Notes under the pieces: generated by a model
Database searches by the model: none
What the model was told of the DNA's origin: nothing
The model's input: only the letters and a program-made list of their open reading frames with translations
Program-made: the position numbers and the translations under genes
In this document: positions 39,477-50,100 of the stretch, in pieces
Layout of the letters: each line of letters starts with the position of its first letter
Position numbering within the stretch: position 1 is the stretch's first letter
DNA from: an uncultured Fibrobacterota bacterium
Lineage (GTDB): Bacteria > Fibrobacterota > Chitinivibrionia > Chitinivibrionales > FEN-1185
Direction of reading: 5' to 3'
Length of the DNA: 64,000 nucleotides
NCBI GenBank assembly: GCA_963729895.1
Contig: CAVSQB010000019.1
Span: forward strand, 32,001-96,000

Positions 39477-39749
39477 GAGCCGCAGTGCCGGAATCGCAGG
39501 ATGAACAACCGCGCCGCAGCAGGCGGTGAGCAGGAAATGAACTGCCCCGTTTCCCGAAAAAAACCTTGCTCATAGGTATCGGGCGGCCCCAAATATTATT
39601 TTAGGTGACCGGTTTAGGGGTATACCGCGGAGGTCCGTCTCCGCAAGGAAGCCGGCGCCCGCAGAGTGCCGGCAATGCACGCATGCGTCAACAACGCTCG
39701 GGCGCCGATACCACGCGAACAACCCGCTATACCGATAGGATATCGTATC

Positions 39750-40154
39750 GTGGCCAAGCAGAACCCATACCGCATCCTGCTTGTTGATGATGAGCCCGGC
39801 ATCCGGAAGATTTTGAGGCTGTTTCTCGAATTGGAAGGATATTCGGTATTCGAGGCCATTACCGCCAATCAGGCGATGCAGGTGGTCAAGAAGGAACGGC
39901 CGCACCTCATTATTCTCGATGTGATTCTTTTCGGCCAGACGGGTTTTGACGTATGCGAATGGGTGAAGAGCAATCCGGAGACAAAGGACATCATCATTTT
40001 CCTGTTTACCGCTCTCAACCAGGAGCACGATTACCGCGAAGGACAACGCCTGGGCTGCGACTTGTACCTCACGAAGCCGCAGAACCCGAAGGATATTGTG
40101 GAAAAAGTCCGCGAATTCCTTCAGGCCCGGGACACCGCGCCTTCATCGACCTGA
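39750..40154 (+). CDS. Single-domain response regulator
   Basis: ILLVDDE, IILDV, FTA and YLTKP. Confidence 0.9.
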   Translation: MAKQNPYRILLVDDEPGIRKILRLFLELEGYSVFEAITANQAMQVVKKERPHLIILDVILFGQTGFDVCEWVKSNPETKDIIIFLFTALNQEHDYREGQRLGCDLYLTKPQNPKDIVEKVREFLQARDTAPSST

Positions 40155-40256
40155 CCGGGAATACTTGATAAAAGGTAAATGTTGCCGGGATCCGCTCCGG
40201 CGCAACAGACATCCGATGACCAGTCTTATTCCACCGAAAGGAATCTCCCAAACGCC

Positions 40257-41957
40257 ATGAACAGGAACATCACCATCGGCCTGATCGTCACCGTCGCTCT
40301 TATCGGGATAGCTCTGTACCTGCTGAAGGATTCGATTCTCTTCTATTCGAAAAGCCAGCAGGAACAGGACCTCTATGCGCAGTCGCATCCCACCATTTTC
40401 AAGAAAATCATCAATTTGGGGCTCGACATCCAGGGCGGCATGAGGATCGTGCTTGAAATCGACAAGGCGAATCTGCCGAAAGAAGCCAGCGCCGACGTTC
40501 AAGACCGGGCCTACACTGTCATCGAAAACCGCATCAACGGTCTCGGCGTTGCGGAACCGAGCATCCAGAAACAGGGCAAAGACCGGATCATTGTGGAGCT
40601 TCCCGGCTTCCGTGATGAAGGGGCCGCATCAAAGGTCATCGGCTCAACGGCCCAGCTCGAGTTCAACCTGTTGCGCGACCCGCCGGAACTTGACAAAGCG
40701 ATAAAAGTCGTGGATAATGTCCTCAAAGGCCAGAAGATTACCGACACCTCGGCAGGGGCGGCCGGCACGGACACGAACGTTGCAAAGAACAAAGAGGCGC
40801 AGACCAAGGCGCAGAAACTGTTTGAGGGCAAAGAAACCGGCAGAGACACCTCAACCGCGGCAGCGGAATCGACGGCCGCCGGGATCGAAAAGGAGCCGGC
40901 AGCCTCCTTCTCGGAGCTCCTTACCGGAATCGGCGAGCAGATAGGCGTTTTGGAAAGCAACAAGGCAAAAGTGGACCAGATCCTGGCGCGCAAAGACGTG
41001 CAGGAGGCGCTCGAACGCTCGGGCCTGGGCGGCTCCAACTTCCTGTGGGGCCACGAAACCAAGGTGGCCGGCGGCTCCCTGTACCGGATGATGTACTATG
41101 TCAAGAGTCGCCCCGAAATGCGCGGCGACGCCATCAAGGATGCGCGGGGGTCCATAGACCGCGGGGGCTTTTCCGCAGGCGCGGCCATTGTCGAGCTCGA
41201 GATGAACGGCAAGGGCGCCAAGACCTTTGCCCGCGTCACCGGCGCGAACGTCAACAAATACCTCGCCATCGTGCTCGACAGTACCGTGTATTCCGCGCCG
41301 GTGATCCGCTCGAAAATTCCTTCCGGACGAGCCCAGATCGAGGGCAGCTTCACCATGGACGAAGCCAAGAACCTTGCCATTGTGCTGCGGGCCGGCGCCC
41401 TTCCGGCGCCTGTCAAGATCATGGAACAGCGCACCGTCGGGCCGTCGCTCGGCCAGGACTCGATCCACGACTGCGCGGTTGCGGCCGTCATCGGTTCAAT
41501 TCTGGTGTTCCTGTTTATCATCATCTATTACAAAATGAGCGGCGCCTATGCCGTGTTCGCGCTTGTCTTGAACCTCCTGTTCGTTCTTGCGGCCATGGCG
41601 AGCATCAACGCCACGCTCACGATCCCCGGCATCTGCGGGCTCGTTCTTAATATTGCGGTGGCGGTGGATGCCAACGTGCTCATCTGCGAGCGGATCCGGG
41701 AGGAGTTGCACCTCGGCAAGACGGTCCGAAGCGCCATAGAAATAGGTTACAAACGGGTGTTTGTGGTCATCATGGATTCGAACCTTACCATGTTGCTCAA
41801 GGCCGCCATCCTGTTCTGGATCGGCACCGGCCCCATCAAGGGGTTTGCGGTGACGCTCATGTTCGGCCTTATCATCTCCATGTTTACGTCGCTGTACATT
41901 ACCCACGTCATGTATAACTTCTTCACTCCGAAAACCGGGGAAAAACTCAGTATTTAA
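40257..41957 (+). CDS. secD: Protein translocase subunit SecD
   Basis: LGLDIQGG, RINGLGVAEP, LRAGALPAP, VGPSLG and AVDANVLICERIREE. Confidence 0.96.
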   Translation: MNRNITIGLIVTVALIGIALYLLKDSILFYSKSQQEQDLYAQSHPTIFKKIINLGLDIQGGMRIVLEIDKANLPKEASADVQDRAYTVIENRINGLGVAEPSIQKQGKDRIIVELPGFRDEGAASKVIGSTAQLEFNLLRDPPELDKAIKVVDNVLKGQKITDTSAGAAGTDTNVAKNKEAQTKAQKLFEGKETGRDTSTAAAESTAAGIEKEPAASFSELLTGIGEQIGVLESNKAKVDQILARKDVQEALERSGLGGSNFLWGHETKVAGGSLYRMMYYVKSRPEMRGDAIKDARGSIDRGGFSAGAAIVELEMNGKGAKTFARVTGANVNKYLAIVLDSTVYSAPVIRSKIPSGRAQIEGSFTMDEAKNLAIVLRAGALPAPVKIMEQRTVGPSLGQDSIHDCAVAAVIGSILVFLFIIIYYKMSGAYAVFALVLNLLFVLAAMASINATLTIPGICGLVLNIAVAVDANVLICERIREELHLGKTVRSAIEIGYKRVFVVIMDSNLTMLLKAAILFWIGTGPIKGFAVTLMFGLIISMFTSLYITHVMYNFFTPKTGEKLSI

Positions 41958-41980
41958 CAAGAAGGAAAGACGCTCATCCT

Positions 41981-42901
41981 ATGATTCAGATTTTCAAGAA
42001 AGTTCCCAACATCAATTTCATCGGGGTCTGGAAGATCGCCTTTTCCATTTCGGGCACCCTGCTCCTGATAACGGTCGGCTCGATCATCTACCACAAGGGC
42101 TTCAATACGTCCATCGAGTTTACGGGCGGCACCGAAGTCCAGCTCAGATTCGAGAAGCCCATCGAAAACAACCTGGGGAGAATCCGCGGCATCCTCAGCG
42201 GCCTCGGGTATGGCCAGCCGGAAATAAAGACAATCGGGCCCGCCAAGAACAATGAAATTCAGGTCACGGTGAAGAAACAGGCCGAAGGCACCACGGTGGG
42301 CGACGCCGTGAAAGACGCGATTTCCAAGGCGTATGCCGATAACAAGTTCGAGGTGCGACGCGAAGAAAAAGTCGGGCCCAAGATCGGCGCTGAACTCGCA
42401 TCAAAGGCCTTCTGGGCCGTGCTCCTGGCGCTCATCGCCATCGTGGTGTACATGGGAATACGGTTCAATATTCCGTACGGCCTCGGCGGCGTGCTTTCCC
42501 TGTTCCACGACGTGTTCATAACGCTCGGGTTCTTTTCGCTTACCAACAGGGAAATTTCCCTGGGGATCGTGGCCGCGCTTCTCACCATCGTGGGATACTC
42601 GCTCAACGACACCATTGTGGTGTTCGACCGGGTGCGTGAAAACATGGGCGGCAGGCTGCTCGGGCCCAACGTGGAATCTATGATCAACAAGAGCATCAAC
42701 CAGACCCTGTCGCGCACCATCATCACCACCGGCACGGTACTGTTCGTGCTTATTGCGTTTTCGTTTTTCGGCGGCCAGGTGATTCAAGACTTTTCTCTGG
42801 CCATGCTCGTGGGATGCTCCAGCGGCGTGTATTCCACGGTCTATATTGCAAGCCCCATCGTACTCTGGTGGAACAAACAGTTTCCGCCGAAATTGAAATA
42901 A
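41981..42901 (+). CDS. secF: Protein translocase subunit SecF
   Basis: IEFTGG, VGPKIG, GYSLNDTIVVFDRVREN and TLSRTIIT. Confidence 0.96.
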   Translation: MIQIFKKVPNINFIGVWKIAFSISGTLLLITVGSIIYHKGFNTSIEFTGGTEVQLRFEKPIENNLGRIRGILSGLGYGQPEIKTIGPAKNNEIQVTVKKQAEGTTVGDAVKDAISKAYADNKFEVRREEKVGPKIGAELASKAFWAVLLALIAIVVYMGIRFNIPYGLGGVLSLFHDVFITLGFFSLTNREISLGIVAALLTIVGYSLNDTIVVFDRVRENMGGRLLGPNVESMINKSINQTLSRTIITTGTVLFVLIAFSFFGGQVIQDFSLAMLVGCSSGVYSTVYIASPIVLWWNKQFPPKLK

Positions 42902-42923
42902 TATTTAGGTAAAGAAAAAGAAC

Positions 42924-43089
42924 TCGGCGTTCCCCCAAAAAGAGAAGGCCACAATAGTTTGCGCCTTCTCTTTTTGGGGTCGGTTCTCCTTCCAGCTCGG
43001 CCTCCGGCCTCGTTGCCGCCCGCCCTATGCCTGTCGGCCGGGTCGGGCGACAATCCCGCTATGGCGGGACTTCCAGTCGCCCCTAGCGC
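42924..43089 (-). repeat. Structured intergenic element, copy C (long terminal hairpin may also terminate secF)
   Basis: Reverse complement GCGCTAGGGGCGACTGGA...GGAGAACCGACCCC-hairpin-GGGGGAACGCCGA. Confidence 0.82.
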
Positions 43090-43207
43090 GAAAACAAAAA
43101 CACGGTTTTTGTTGCTGCATTTCACTCTTCGGTGACACATCACACAAGTCCTTAAGACACGAACATCTTTCTAGGTGCACTCACTTGTTTCCACAATCTC
43201 TTCACCA

Positions 43208-43323
43208 TTGAAGAACCCCGCCCCGAGTGGCGGAGATTCTTCCTTGCCCTAGGAAAAAATATTTGCAATTCGCCCGCTAACCCCGCGCCAAGTCGCGGGG
43301 ATTGCGCGGGCTGAGGCATTCAA
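43208..43323. repeat. MITE-like element with two related CCCCGC...GCGG(G/A)G hairpins and TTGAA/TTCAA ends
   Basis: Hairpins at 43210-43242 and 43273-43310 plus short terminal inverted repeats. Confidence 0.45.
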
Positions 43324-43406
43324 TCACCCGGAGCCGTTATCTCCTGTCCGGCGAATATGGTATTTTAGTGGATGCGCAGGACCTTCACCACCCTGCCACA
43401 CAACCG

Positions 43407-44069
43407 ATGACAAAAACAATTCCCGCAGCATTCCTGCTTGTGACCACGTTGATCGCGTCGGCACTCCCCGCCGACAAATGCGAATTCACCATCGCGCGTC
43501 TCAAGTACGGCGGCGGCGGGGACTGGTACAACGGCCCCTCATCGCTCCCCAACCTGGTGGATGCGGTCAAAAAAGAAACCGCTATTCCCATTTGCGATAC
43601 GGTCGCCGTTGTCCAGATCATGGACCCGGCCCTGTTTCATTATCCCTTCCTCTATATGACCGGACACGGCAACGTGCATTTCTCCCCTGAGGAACGGGTG
43701 AGGCTCAGGTCGTTTCTCACCGGCGGCGGGTTTCTGCTTGCAAACGACGATTACGGCATGGACAAGGCGTTCAGACGCGAGATGGAGGCGCTGTTTCCCG
43801 AAAACCCGCTTGTCGAGGTACCGCTTACTCATCCGATCTATTCCAGCGTGTACAAATTGCCGGGACTGCCCAAGATCCACGAACACGACGGGCTGCCTGC
43901 CAAGGGTTTCGGCATCTTCTTTGACAACAGGCTAGTTGTGTATTACGCGTTCAGCTCCGACATCGGCGACGGGATGGAAGACGCGGGCGTGTATTCGGAC
44001 CCGCCCGTTTTGCACCGGGCGGCGCTTAACATGGGCGTGAACATCGTCTCCTGGTTCTTTAATCCGTGA
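43407..44069 (+). CDS. DUF4159-like exported protein
   Basis: IARLKYGGGGDWY, YPFLYMTGHG, GGFLLANDDYG and LPKIHEHDG. Confidence 0.82.
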   Translation: MTKTIPAAFLLVTTLIASALPADKCEFTIARLKYGGGGDWYNGPSSLPNLVDAVKKETAIPICDTVAVVQIMDPALFHYPFLYMTGHGNVHFSPEERVRLRSFLTGGGFLLANDDYGMDKAFRREMEALFPENPLVEVPLTHPIYSSVYKLPGLPKIHEHDGLPAKGFGIFFDNRLVVYYAFSSDIGDGMEDAGVYSDPPVLHRAALNMGVNIVSWFFNP

Positions 44070-47000
44070 ATCCTCACCTCGCACTGGTAGGCCATTTCCT
44101 GCGCCGACTCCGGAGGCGGTTTGCCGCTGCCGCGTTCATGCGTCGGTGCATGGCACTCGCCGCAGCCGCGTTGCTCGGCTGCACGCTCGTCCAGGTCCTG
44201 TTTGCCGTTTTTCCGTGGGTTGCGCTGCCCATGGCCTGGGATGTACTTGTGGGGGCCTTTGCGGCCGGAATCGGCATCGTGGCCGTCGACCTCTGGTGGC
44301 TGCGGAGACCGGATCTCCGCACCGTGGCACGGATTGCGGAAAATCAGGCGCGCCTTCCCCATCCCTGGCTTTCGCTTTCCCTGGAGCTTTCCCATTCGGA
44401 ATCGGGCGGCTCCGCAGAACTGACATCCCGTGTTTTTGAAACCGCCGCCGGCGAGCTTCCTTTGTGTCCAACGCGCCTTGCCATGCCCGGGTTCCGGCGC
44501 ACCTCCTACGCGCTCGCATTGTCGCTTGCTTTGTTTGCGTCAACCGCATTCCTGTACCAGCCCCATTGCGCCCTGTTCTGGAAGTTGCCCCTTTCCTTTT
44601 TCGGGCCGGTGCGCGCGACGATCTGGCCGGGCACGGTATATGTCCCGAAGGGCACTTTGTGCACGGTGCGGCTGACCCCCACCGGATCGTTCTTTCCGTC
44701 GTGCCGTCTCACGTGTTCAGCGCTCGACGGAACGCCGGTATCAAACGCGGTGCTTGCGGCCGGCGATTCGGGCCGGTTTTCGCTTCCCCTGGGCAGCGTC
44801 ACCAGGTCTCTTGTTTATCAATTTACCTTAGGCAGTACCGCCTTTCCCGCAGACACCATTCGCGTGGTTCCCAAACCCGCCTTGTCGAGACTTGCGATCC
44901 GCGTTGTTCCTCCACGATACACCGGCATCAAGCCCTCTTCCCTTCCGGAAGGCCAGGGAAATTTTGCGGCGTATCCCGGGACGCGGGCTCACTTTTCCCT
45001 GAGTGCTCCCTTTCCGCTCAAAAAAGCCCTGTTCGTTTCCCCGGGCAAAGACACGATACCCTTTTCGGTTTCCACATGCGACGCCCAGGGCGACATCGTG
45101 GTTTCATCGCGGCAAGGTTACTCCTTTGCCCTTACCGACACGTTTCTTCAGACGAGCGATTCCGTCCCGCTCTTTTCCATCGAGGTGATCCCCGACGCTC
45201 CGCCGTCCGTATTCATATTGAAACCGGGAGAGAACAAGGACTGCACTCCCTCCGACCACGAACTGCTGTCCGTGGAAGCAATTGACGACATAGCAATCCG
45301 CAGCGTCGTTGTTTCCACAAGGAAGAACCGGGACGAGGTCGCCCTTTTTGCCTCCCACCGATTCCCGCCCGGCGACAGCAGCGTCAAGATGGCGCGCCTC
45401 GAACTCCCGCTTTCCCTCGGCGCCTTCTCGTTGTACCCGGGCGACACGCTGTGGTATTGGGCGACCGCATGCGACAACCGGGCCTATCATGGGCCGCAGT
45501 GCACCACGTCGGATTCCTTCTTCTTCCGCGTGCCGAGCTTTGAGGAAATCCATGAGCGCGTCGCCCAGGAGGAAGACTACACCACGCAGACGCTGGCGTC
45601 GGCCAAAAAACGAAACAGCGATCTGCAACAGTCGGTTGCCAACCTGATGCAGTCTGCGCAGGGGAAAAAGTCGCTGTCGTGGGAACAGCAGCAGATCGTG
45701 CGGGACCTCAAGCAGGAAGCGGCCTCCCAGGCGGACTCCCTGTCGAAGGCCTTCGAATCATTCCGCGAGGCTGTTGACAAGATCAAACAGGAATCCTCGA
45801 TCCCGGCTGAACTTCTTTCGAAAATGGACGACGTGCAGAAAGCGATTGAAGACCTGCGCAGGCAATACGGCGACAGTCTTCTTTTTTCCCTGCCAAAAGG
45901 GGAAGAGAATATCTCGATGCGCGATCTTCGGGAATCGCTGGAGAAATTAAAGAACACGCTTCCGGATTTGGCGCAAAGGCTCGAAAACACGTTGAAATTC
46001 CTGGAAATGCTCAAGCGGGACCAGGAGCTTGCCAGGCTTGCCTCGGATGCCGAGCGCCTTGCAAAAGACCAGCAGGACATTGCCTCCATGCCCCGGGAGG
46101 GCGGCCAATGCCTTTCCAAACAGGAAAGCGTGTCCAAAGGTGTTGACGGTCTCCTCAAAGACATCGACAGGAACGCCGGAAGCGGCGATTCGGCCTTGTT
46201 TTCAAAGAGCCAGCTTCCCGCACTCGACAAGCTGTGCCCGCTCCAGAAATCGATGCAGGCGGACCTTTCGTCCAAAACCGTCCCTCCGCGCGGCGACATG
46301 AACGCCATGGCCGGCTCGCTTTCGTCTTTGTCGGAGAATCTGGCGAACATGCAGAGCTGCGCGCTGGCAAAGCGGTTCGAAAAGGAACGTGAGGTCTTGC
46401 TCGACATGGTGCACGATGCGCTCGGCATGTCGGCGTTGCAGGAGGAGATCGCGGACAGTTCCCAGGCGCCCTCGGCGTCTGCGGGCGCAACGTCCGCGCT
46501 CGAACAGTCTCTTGCGAATTCCCTCAGAAACAGCATGGAAAAAATGAACCGTCTTGCCATGGTGTCTCCGCAGGCCCTTGTTTCCATCAAGAAAGGGTAC
46601 GACAATGCCGGCGCGTCGATCAACAGTGCGCTTGCCCTCTTGTCGGGCGGCGCCCAGAGAATTTTCTCTCGCGGCCCGGAATCGGACTTCAACGGTCTTG
46701 CCAAGACGGAACTCGACGCGCTGGAGCAGCTCAGCGGCCAGTCGGAAGGGCAGAGCGGCGGCATGGGGGGCATGATGGCCGGGTTCAGGCGGCTGTCGTC
46801 CAGGCAGGCGACGCTCAATGCGGCCACGGGTGCACTGCTGCGGAGCCTCCTTGGCCGCAACGGCGGGTCCGAAGGCATGGAGGGAAAGGATTCGCGGGAA
46901 GGCGGCGGAGGGAAAGAAGGCAGCGGCGAGAGGCGCGCGCGTGAAGAAGCGCGCGCCGCGCAAAAGGCAATTGCCGACGAACTGAAGCGCCTTGCCGACA

Positions 47001-47383
47001 AATACGGAAAAGATGCCGGTTCGTCCCTTGATAAAAAGGCAAGAGACCTCGAAGAGGAAGCCCGGCGGCTGTCGGCCATGTTCGACAATCCGTCTCAGGA
47101 GCTGCGCGACCGCCAGGACCGGTTCCTGTCGAGAATGCTGGAGACCTCCCTGTCGCAGCACAAACAGGATGAGGGCAAGGAGGAGCGGAAGTCGCAATCC
47201 GCAAAGGAGGTGTTTTCGCCGCAGGGTCGCCACGATGCGGCACGCGCCGCCGGTTCCTTTGACCTCGACACCTACTACCGGCTGCGCCAGCGCGCTTTTG
47301 AGGGAAGTTTTCCGGAAAGCTACAGGTTCTCCGTAAAGAGTTATTTCGATTCGCTGGGCGTCTTGTTCCTCAAGGAAAAATAG
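44066..47383 (+). CDS. Large membrane-anchored coiled-coil protein, DUF4175-like
   Basis: N-terminal TM helices, Ig-like region (PPRYTG, DAPPSV, PGDTLWYWA), long Q/E/K-rich coiled coil, C-terminal FPESYRFSVKSYF. Confidence 0.75.
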   Translation: MNPHLALVGHFLRRLRRRFAAAAFMRRCMALAAAALLGCTLVQVLFAVFPWVALPMAWDVLVGAFAAGIGIVAVDLWWLRRPDLRTVARIAENQARLPHPWLSLSLELSHSESGGSAELTSRVFETAAGELPLCPTRLAMPGFRRTSYALALSLALFASTAFLYQPHCALFWKLPLSFFGPVRATIWPGTVYVPKGTLCTVRLTPTGSFFPSCRLTCSALDGTPVSNAVLAAGDSGRFSLPLGSVTRSLVYQFTLGSTAFPADTIRVVPKPALSRLAIRVVPPRYTGIKPSSLPEGQGNFAAYPGTRAHFSLSAPFPLKKALFVSPGKDTIPFSVSTCDAQGDIVVSSRQGYSFALTDTFLQTSDSVPLFSIEVIPDAPPSVFILKPGENKDCTPSDHELLSVEAIDDIAIRSVVVSTRKNRDEVALFASHRFPPGDSSVKMARLELPLSLGAFSLYPGDTLWYWATACDNRAYHGPQCTTSDSFFFRVPSFEEIHERVAQEEDYTTQTLASAKKRNSDLQQSVANLMQSAQGKKSLSWEQQQIVRDLKQEAASQADSLSKAFESFREAVDKIKQESSIPAELLSKMDDVQKAIEDLRRQYGDSLLFSLPKGEENISMRDLRESLEKLKNTLPDLAQRLENTLKFLEMLKRDQELARLASDAERLAKDQQDIASMPREGGQCLSKQESVSKGVDGLLKDIDRNAGSGDSALFSKSQLPALDKLCPLQKSMQADLSSKTVPPRGDMNAMAGSLSSLSENLANMQSCALAKRFEKEREVLLDMVHDALGMSALQEEIADSSQAPSASAGATSALEQSLANSLRNSMEKMNRLAMVSPQALVSIKKGYDNAGASINSALALLSGGAQRIFSRGPESDFNGLAKTELDALEQLSGQSEGQSGGMGGMMAGFRRLSSRQATLNAATGALLRSLLGRNGGSEGMEGKDSREGGGGKEGSGERRAREEARAAQKAIADELKRLADKYGKDAGSSLDKKARDLEEEARRLSAMFDNPSQELRDRQDRFLSRMLETSLSQHKQDEGKEERKSQSAKEVFSPQGRHDAARAAGSFDLDTYYRLRQRAFEGSFPESYRFSVKSYFDSLGVLFLKEK

Positions 47384-47396
47384 GGACGGCCTTGCA

Positions 47397-48878
47397 ATGC
47401 GCATTCTGCTCATCAACACCAACCGGTACAAAGACCCGCTGCCCGTAATGCCCGTGGGACTCTGCTGGGTGGCGGCTTCGCTGGAGAACGCGGGCTACGA
47501 CGTAAAATTTCTGGACCTGTGTTTTTCGCTCACCCCGGGAAGCGACACCACGCGCGAGGTGGAGCGGTTCGCGCCCGACATCGTCGGCGTGAGCATCCGC
47601 AACATTGACACTTGCAATGGCTTTCGTCCCGTTTTTCTTCTCGAAGCGGTGAGAAAACACGTGATCCTTCCCTTGAAACAGGCCTTCGCTGGGCCCGTGG
47701 TTCTCGGCGGAGCAACGGCCGGCATCAACGGCCCGGAATTGCTTTCGTATCTTGACTGCGAATATGCGGTGCAGGGTGACGGCGAGCATGCCATGGTCGC
47801 CTTTGCCGGCAGGATACGCGACAAAAAGGAATTGAGCGGGCTTCCCGGGCTTATTATACGGCGGGCGGACGGGACCGCGGAGTCAAACGCTCCCGGCTTT
47901 CCGGACGATCTCGACAGCCTGCCTGTTCCCAGCCCCCAGAAGTACCTGAACGTGGCGCTTTACAGAATGTACAACTCGCCGCTGCCGGTCCAGACCAAAC
48001 GCGGGTGCGCGATGGAGTGCGCCTACTGCACCTACAATCGCCTCGAAGGCCGTGCGTACCGCCTGCGGTCGCCAACGCTCATCGCGGACGAAATCGAGGC
48101 GTTCGTAAACGCCACGGGCATCCGCTCAGTGGAACTCGTGGACAGCACGTTCAACGCGCCGCTCGACCACGCCAAGAATGTGCTGCGGGAAATCATCGCA
48201 CGCAGACTCGATGTTCGATTGTCCACAATGGGGCTCAATCCGCGCTTTCTTGACGAGGAACTTGCGGGCCTCATGAAGAAGGCCGGATTCATCGAAGCAT
48301 GCTTCGGCATCGAGGCGGTGAGCGGCGCCATGCTCACATCCCTTGCAAAGAATTTTACGGTGGACGATATCAAGGCCGCCGCTGGCATCATACGCACAAC
48401 CCGCATACCGGTGGCGTGGTACCTCATCATCGGCGCGCCGGGCGAAACCGTTGAAACGATCCGCGAGACGTTTTCCGGCATCGTATGCATTGCTTCGCCT
48501 CTCGACTTTGTCAACATCGCGGTGGGAATCCGGGTGTACAACGGCGCGCCGATCGCCGATACCTGGGCGACCGAGCACCATGGCGCCCCTGCCGACAACT
48601 TCTTTGCGCCGGTGGCATACCGGCCCGGCCCGCTCACCCCCAGGAAACTCAAGGCGATTGCCTCCCTGGCGACCGCTTTGCACCACAACTTCTTCATGTT
48701 CGACGACAAGGCAAACGTGCTGCTGCCGGTACGGCTGATTTTGAGCACGTTTTTCCCGCGGCAGCCGCTGTGGCGCGGATACGTGGTGATGAGGCTGTTC
48801 GAAAAATATTCGGGGGTGTTTCTGGTGAGGGCGTTGGTCGCGTGGGTGAGGTTAGTGAGGGCATCAAGGAAACAGTAA
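47397..48878 (+). CDS. Cobalamin-binding radical SAM protein
   Basis: PVGLCWVAASL, GVSIRNID, QTKRGCAMECAYCTY and VDSTFN. Confidence 0.88.
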   Translation: MRILLINTNRYKDPLPVMPVGLCWVAASLENAGYDVKFLDLCFSLTPGSDTTREVERFAPDIVGVSIRNIDTCNGFRPVFLLEAVRKHVILPLKQAFAGPVVLGGATAGINGPELLSYLDCEYAVQGDGEHAMVAFAGRIRDKKELSGLPGLIIRRADGTAESNAPGFPDDLDSLPVPSPQKYLNVALYRMYNSPLPVQTKRGCAMECAYCTYNRLEGRAYRLRSPTLIADEIEAFVNATGIRSVELVDSTFNAPLDHAKNVLREIIARRLDVRLSTMGLNPRFLDEELAGLMKKAGFIEACFGIEAVSGAMLTSLAKNFTVDDIKAAAGIIRTTRIPVAWYLIIGAPGETVETIRETFSGIVCIASPLDFVNIAVGIRVYNGAPIADTWATEHHGAPADNFFAPVAYRPGPLTPRKLKAIASLATALHHNFFMFDDKANVLLPVRLILSTFFPRQPLWRGYVVMRLFEKYSGVFLVRALVAWVRLVRASRKQ

Positions 48879-48967
48879 TCGGAAGTTTCTTTTTCCGGAG
48901 CGCGAGTGACCGGCCTGCGTGCAGGTTCTTTCTGTCGCACGGCAAAGCCGCCCCAACGAAGATGCGT

Positions 48968-50020
48968 TTAGGCCAGTTTCCTGATATACCCCCACAGCAC
49001 CTCCAGCAGCTTTTCCTCCGGCACCTTTTCCATCAGCTTTCCCTTTACGAAAATCCGCCCCTCATGCCTGCCGCCTGCGATGCCCACATCGGCATCCGAT
49101 GCTTCGCCCGGGCCGTTCACAATGCATCCCATCACTGCGATCTTGAGGGGAGCCGAAATCGAGGAAACCATGGCCTCCACTTTTTCGGCGAGCGCCACGA
49201 CATCGATCTGGGTCCTGCCGCAGGTGGGGCACGCGATGACCGTGGGGCCCTTCGCAAGGCCGAGCGACTTGAGGATTTCGACGCCCGCGCGCACTTCGTT
49301 GACGGGATCGGAGCACAGCGACACCCGGATCGTGTCGCCGATCCCCTCCGAAAGCAGGGCGCCTATTCCCACGCTGGAGCGGATGGCGCCGGTTGTGAGC
49401 GTGCCCGATTCGGTGATGCCGATGTGCTGGGGCGCATCCGCGGCCCGCGACAGCAGGCGGCACGCCTCGATGGTGGTGAGCACGTCACTCGCCTTGATGG
49501 AGAGAACGATGTTGTCAAAAGAGAATGATTCCATCATCCTGATGAACCCGAGGCCGCTTTCCGCAAGCGCCTGCGGCGTGGGGCCGCCATAGAGTTCAAC
49601 CAGGCGCTTTTCGAGCGAGCCGGAATTGACGCCGATGCGGATCGGAATGCGCGCTGCCCTGGCCGCGTCGACGACTTTCTTCACCTTGTCGGGTGACCCG
49701 ATGTTCCCCGGATTAATGCGGACCTTGTCCGCGCCAGCCTCGATTGCGGCTATGGCAAGCTCATGCTGGAAGTGGATGTCCGCAACAAGCGGCACGTTCG
49801 TGGCCCGGCGAATCTTTTCAAATGCGATTGCCGCGCGTTTGTTGGGCACGGCGATGCGGACGATTGCGCATCCCGCGGACGCGAGGGCCGCGACCTGGGC
49901 GAGGGTGGCGTCAACGTCCTCAGTCGGCGTATTGGTCATCGACTGCACCGCCACCGGAGCGTCGCCGCCGATGGCTACGTTTCTCACAAGAACCTGGCGC
50001 GTTTTCCTGCGTGAAATCAT
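48968..50020 (-). CDS. ispG: 4-hydroxy-3-methylbut-2-en-1-yl diphosphate synthase
   Basis: VQSMTNT, LVADIHF, RINPGNIG, RIGVNSGS, CPTCGR and MGCIVNGPGE. Confidence 0.96.
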   Translation of the reverse strand: MISRRKTRQVLVRNVAIGGDAPVAVQSMTNTPTEDVDATLAQVAALASAGCAIVRIAVPNKRAAIAFEKIRRATNVPLVADIHFQHELAIAAIEAGADKVRINPGNIGSPDKVKKVVDAARAARIPIRIGVNSGSLEKRLVELYGGPTPQALAESGLGFIRMMESFSFDNIVLSIKASDVLTTIEACRLLSRAADAPQHIGITESGTLTTGAIRSSVGIGALLSEGIGDTIRVSLCSDPVNEVRAGVEILKSLGLAKGPTVIACPTCGRTQIDVVALAEKVEAMVSSISAPLKIAVMGCIVNGPGEASDADVGIAGGRHEGRIFVKGKLMEKVPEEKLLEVLWGYIRKLA

Positions 50021-50043
50021 GATGAATGGTTCCCGATAAACAC

Positions 50044-50071
50044 GCAGGGGTTCACCCCGGTGAACCCCTGC
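50044..50071. repeat. Perfect intergenic palindrome
   Basis: GCAGGGGTTCACC-CC-GGTGAACCCCTGC, no U tract. Confidence 0.6.
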
Positions 50072-50100
50072 ACTGCCTTCCGTTGCACAAAGCTGTCTTC

